64,000 nt of DNA from Harriotta raleighana (taxonomy: Eukaryota): the NCBI GenBank assembly GCA_050575255.1, contig JBNZDD010013730.1:3113538-3177537 (forward strand). Reading direction: 5' to 3'. A model generated the notes under the pieces. It saw nothing but the letters and a program-made list of their open reading frames with translations. It ran no database searches and was not told the DNA's origin. Below, piece after piece: positions 24,578 through 64,000 of this stretch; position 1 is the stretch's first letter, and each line of letters starts with the position of its first letter. The position numbers and the translations under genes were made by a program.

Positions 24578-24876
24578 TCATAGATTCATAGATTCATAGA
24601 CGTTTACGGCACAAAAGGAGGCCATTCGGCCCATCTAGTCTGTGCCGGCTCTTTGAAAAGAGCGATTTAATCCCACTGCCCTGCTCGCTCCCCATAGCCT
24701 AATAGACCTGTTCTCCCTAAATAAAGATCTAATTCCCTTTTAAAAGTTGTTATCGAATCAGCCTCCACCACCTTTTCAGGCAATGCATTCCAGATTCGAA
24801 CAACTCGCTGAGTGAAAAAGTTTCTCCTCAGCTCCCCTCTACTTCGCTTTGAAACTATTTTAAATCTGTGACCACG
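24578..24876 (-). mobile_element. CR1 LINE 3' end, 5'-truncated
   Basis: GHRFKIVSKRSRGELRRNFFTQRVVRIWNALPEKVVEADSITTFKRELDLYL (CR1 ORF2 C-terminus), 3' UTR with gggccgaatggcctcct and a terminal (TCTATGAA)n octamer repeat. Confidence 0.92.
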
Positions 24877-25718
24877 GGACATCTTGAAGATGTGATCAGG
24901 TGTAATATCAAGTATTAATCAAAGGATTATTATCCGTCTACAGGCCTTAAACTCAGAAATATTCTTGCACATCACATATGTGGGCATGCAAGTCTGAAAA
25001 TGAATATGCTGCAGTTCTCACCCAGAGTATAGGGTATAATAAGGGGTGGGAATCTCATTTAAAATTGTGAGAGGGTTTTTAAAAAAATATATATATATAT
25101 ATATATAGAAATTAAACAAAATGTCTTGGAATATTTTAAATCACTGAAATATATGAGTCACAGTAAACTGCATTAATCTTTATTTTTTTTTTAAAAAACA
25201 AATGAAGTGCAGCAAATGAAAGAGAAAACAGTTTTCACAGTGAAAGCATGCAGTGCATTCCATGTTGTGACTAACTATTGAACAATGACTGTCAGATCAA
25301 AAATCTACATCCAGCAAACCTACCATACGTTTGTTCCCCAGAATGGGCTCCCTTTTTGCAACAGGCACAGTCCATGAGGTAGTGTATTCAGAATAAAAGT
25401 CTTCCACTGTATAAAAGCTGCAATTTTAAAATCAAATTTGGTGAATTTTGCAAATCTTGCTCATTTACAAGTCTCTGTCCTTCTTGAATTACAAGCACAC
25501 ACATGTAGTTTACGTTTTATTATAAAGCAGCAACGTGCCTTTTGGGTTTAAACTGGAACTAAAATTACGGTATTTATGTGCGAGAGAATCTCGTGCTTTT
25601 CAAAGCAAGGAGTAATGGCATTGGCCGCCATAGGAAAGCTTCCCGACTTCAAGCTACGAGCACTTCAGGCTACCGGTCTAGCCACACATTGTTCTGATAC
25701 AGTTACATAACTCTAGTC

Positions 25719-25983
25719 CAGTGGTTCCCAACCTTTTTATGCTGCGGCCCTAATATGGCCACCAGCATGACTCCCCGACGCGACTGAAGTGAAGCTCTGT
25801 CTCTTTTGTGGACTCAGCGCAACTCGCTAGTACGGTCTTTCACTCAAATTGGTCGGCGGTGTCGCCTCGGGCATTTTTCAGCATGAAAAAAGAAAGAAAA
25901 AAAAATTCTGATGACCCTTTACAACCCTACTGAGGATCCCCACGACCCTGATTTGGGTCGGGACCCGAGGTTGGGAAACACTG
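25719..25983. mobile_element. Non-autonomous hAT (Charlie-like) MITE, 265 bp
   Basis: TIRs CAGTGGTTCCCAACCT / AGGTTGGGAAACACTG (one mismatch); perfect 8-bp TSD CTCTAGTC at 25711-25718 and 25984-25991. Confidence 0.92.
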
Positions 25984-27115
25984 CTCTAGTCATTCAATCT
26001 TCTTCTGTATTGAAGTAGTGCCAACTGAAATCCCATTTGAGTGAGATTTCATGTTGTAGAGTGTGTATTTCTGTATCCCACTTCGGTTAATCCTTCATAG
26101 CCATAAGCAAAGGTTAAGTTTTCATCTATTTTGCCAAATTCTATCCACTCTAATCCCTGGGTGAGAGCACGTTATCCTAAATCTTTAGTCATATAATTCT
26201 TTAATAAAGAGCGTAAGGTAACTTTAAAAGATTATGACTAAATTATACAAGTCCAGACGACCTAAAATAGAAATTAACCAGTAGTATGAAGAGCAAGTTG
26301 CCAAAAAAAAAATAGTTCGGGAGGGAATCACAATCGTACAGATATGTTTTTTCTTTAAAAAATGGTGTAGTTCGTGTAAACTTTGGATTGTATTTTTTTT
26401 GCCCAATTAGTAAGGTCGTGGTAAACATGGTATAAAGATTCCACGTTTCACACTCAAAGAAAAAAATCACAAATTGCAACAGGTCATTAAATGCCTCCTT
26501 TTTGTCAAAGGGAATTATGCAAACACATACTGATGCTGCTGGTTTAAAAATCTTAGATCAAGACCCATACAAATCATTATACAGTCTCAGGTTCCAAAAT
26601 GAACTCTGTGCAATAAACGTCTGCAAGAAAATGGGGGAGAATTTGTGCATCCCTTTATCATTACCCAATTAAGGAAAACATTTTTGAAAAGGTCTAGTTT
26701 GGTCACATCTTACACCAGGAAATTCTTACTCATCACTTTGAAGGCATTTACAAACATCACAAATTTTGCACTGACAATGCAAATAAGTTTCCTTCTTATT
26801 CCAGGCATTAAGTAAGATGTCCACATGAACAAATCATTACTTTACAAGTTTTTTCTACCTGGAAAACAGTTGAAGAACCAAAACTGAATTCCAACAAGTG
26901 TACGTATTGGTTATCCTATTTTACACACCAAAGCAACTAATTTACAAAAGTATCCTAATGACAGTTCTACAGCAAAGGTTAATTTATCCCTCTGTATTTC
27001 TTACATACTGCTGCATTCAACCATGTACATACTAATGCTTTTGAATCTTAAAGGCAAGCAACAGAAAGTTCAGCAGTTTAATAATCACTCAAGTGTACAC
27101 AATTCAGAGGCTCTG

Positions 27116-63826
<36,711 letters not shown>

Positions 63827-64000
63827 CTTTGAAAACAACAAAGTGGAACAGATCACTAGTTTAGCATTCTACGACAGCCTTAGACTACATTTCCTCCATC
63901 CTGGGATATATCCTTTCAGTGTTTTATTAAGAAACATATTCACAATTAACATTACTATGTAGGAAAACCAACATTTTTAGGTCTTGCATCAATAACACAA

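Overview
Eukaryotic (vertebrate) genomic DNA, most likely a cartilaginous fish and probably a chimaera/holocephalan, inferred from compact introns and the repeat repertoire. Four spliced genes were reconstructed by hand from splice sites and phases, in the same order and orientation I recall for human 1p22: RPAP2 (minus, coding exons 1-9, runs off the left edge), GLMN/glomulin (plus, complete, 18 coding exons, ~590 aa), C1orf146/SPO16/SCRE (minus, complete, 5 exons, ~166 aa) and BTBD8/KIAA1107 (minus, 17 exons, first exon beyond the right edge). The rest holds a tRNA-derived Deu-domain SINE family with an L2-like tail, L2 and CR1 3' fragments, a hAT MITE, a Tigger-like MITE, Penelope-like remnants, simple repeats and six single-N assembly joins with duplicated flanks. 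I found no convincing novel biological system. The points worth checking are a GC-AG intron in GLMN, nested retroelement insertions, a CRE cluster at the meiotic gene's start, back-to-back poly(A) signals, an apparently split RPAP2/GLMN promoter, candidate alternative BTBD8 exons and a perfect intronic hairpin.
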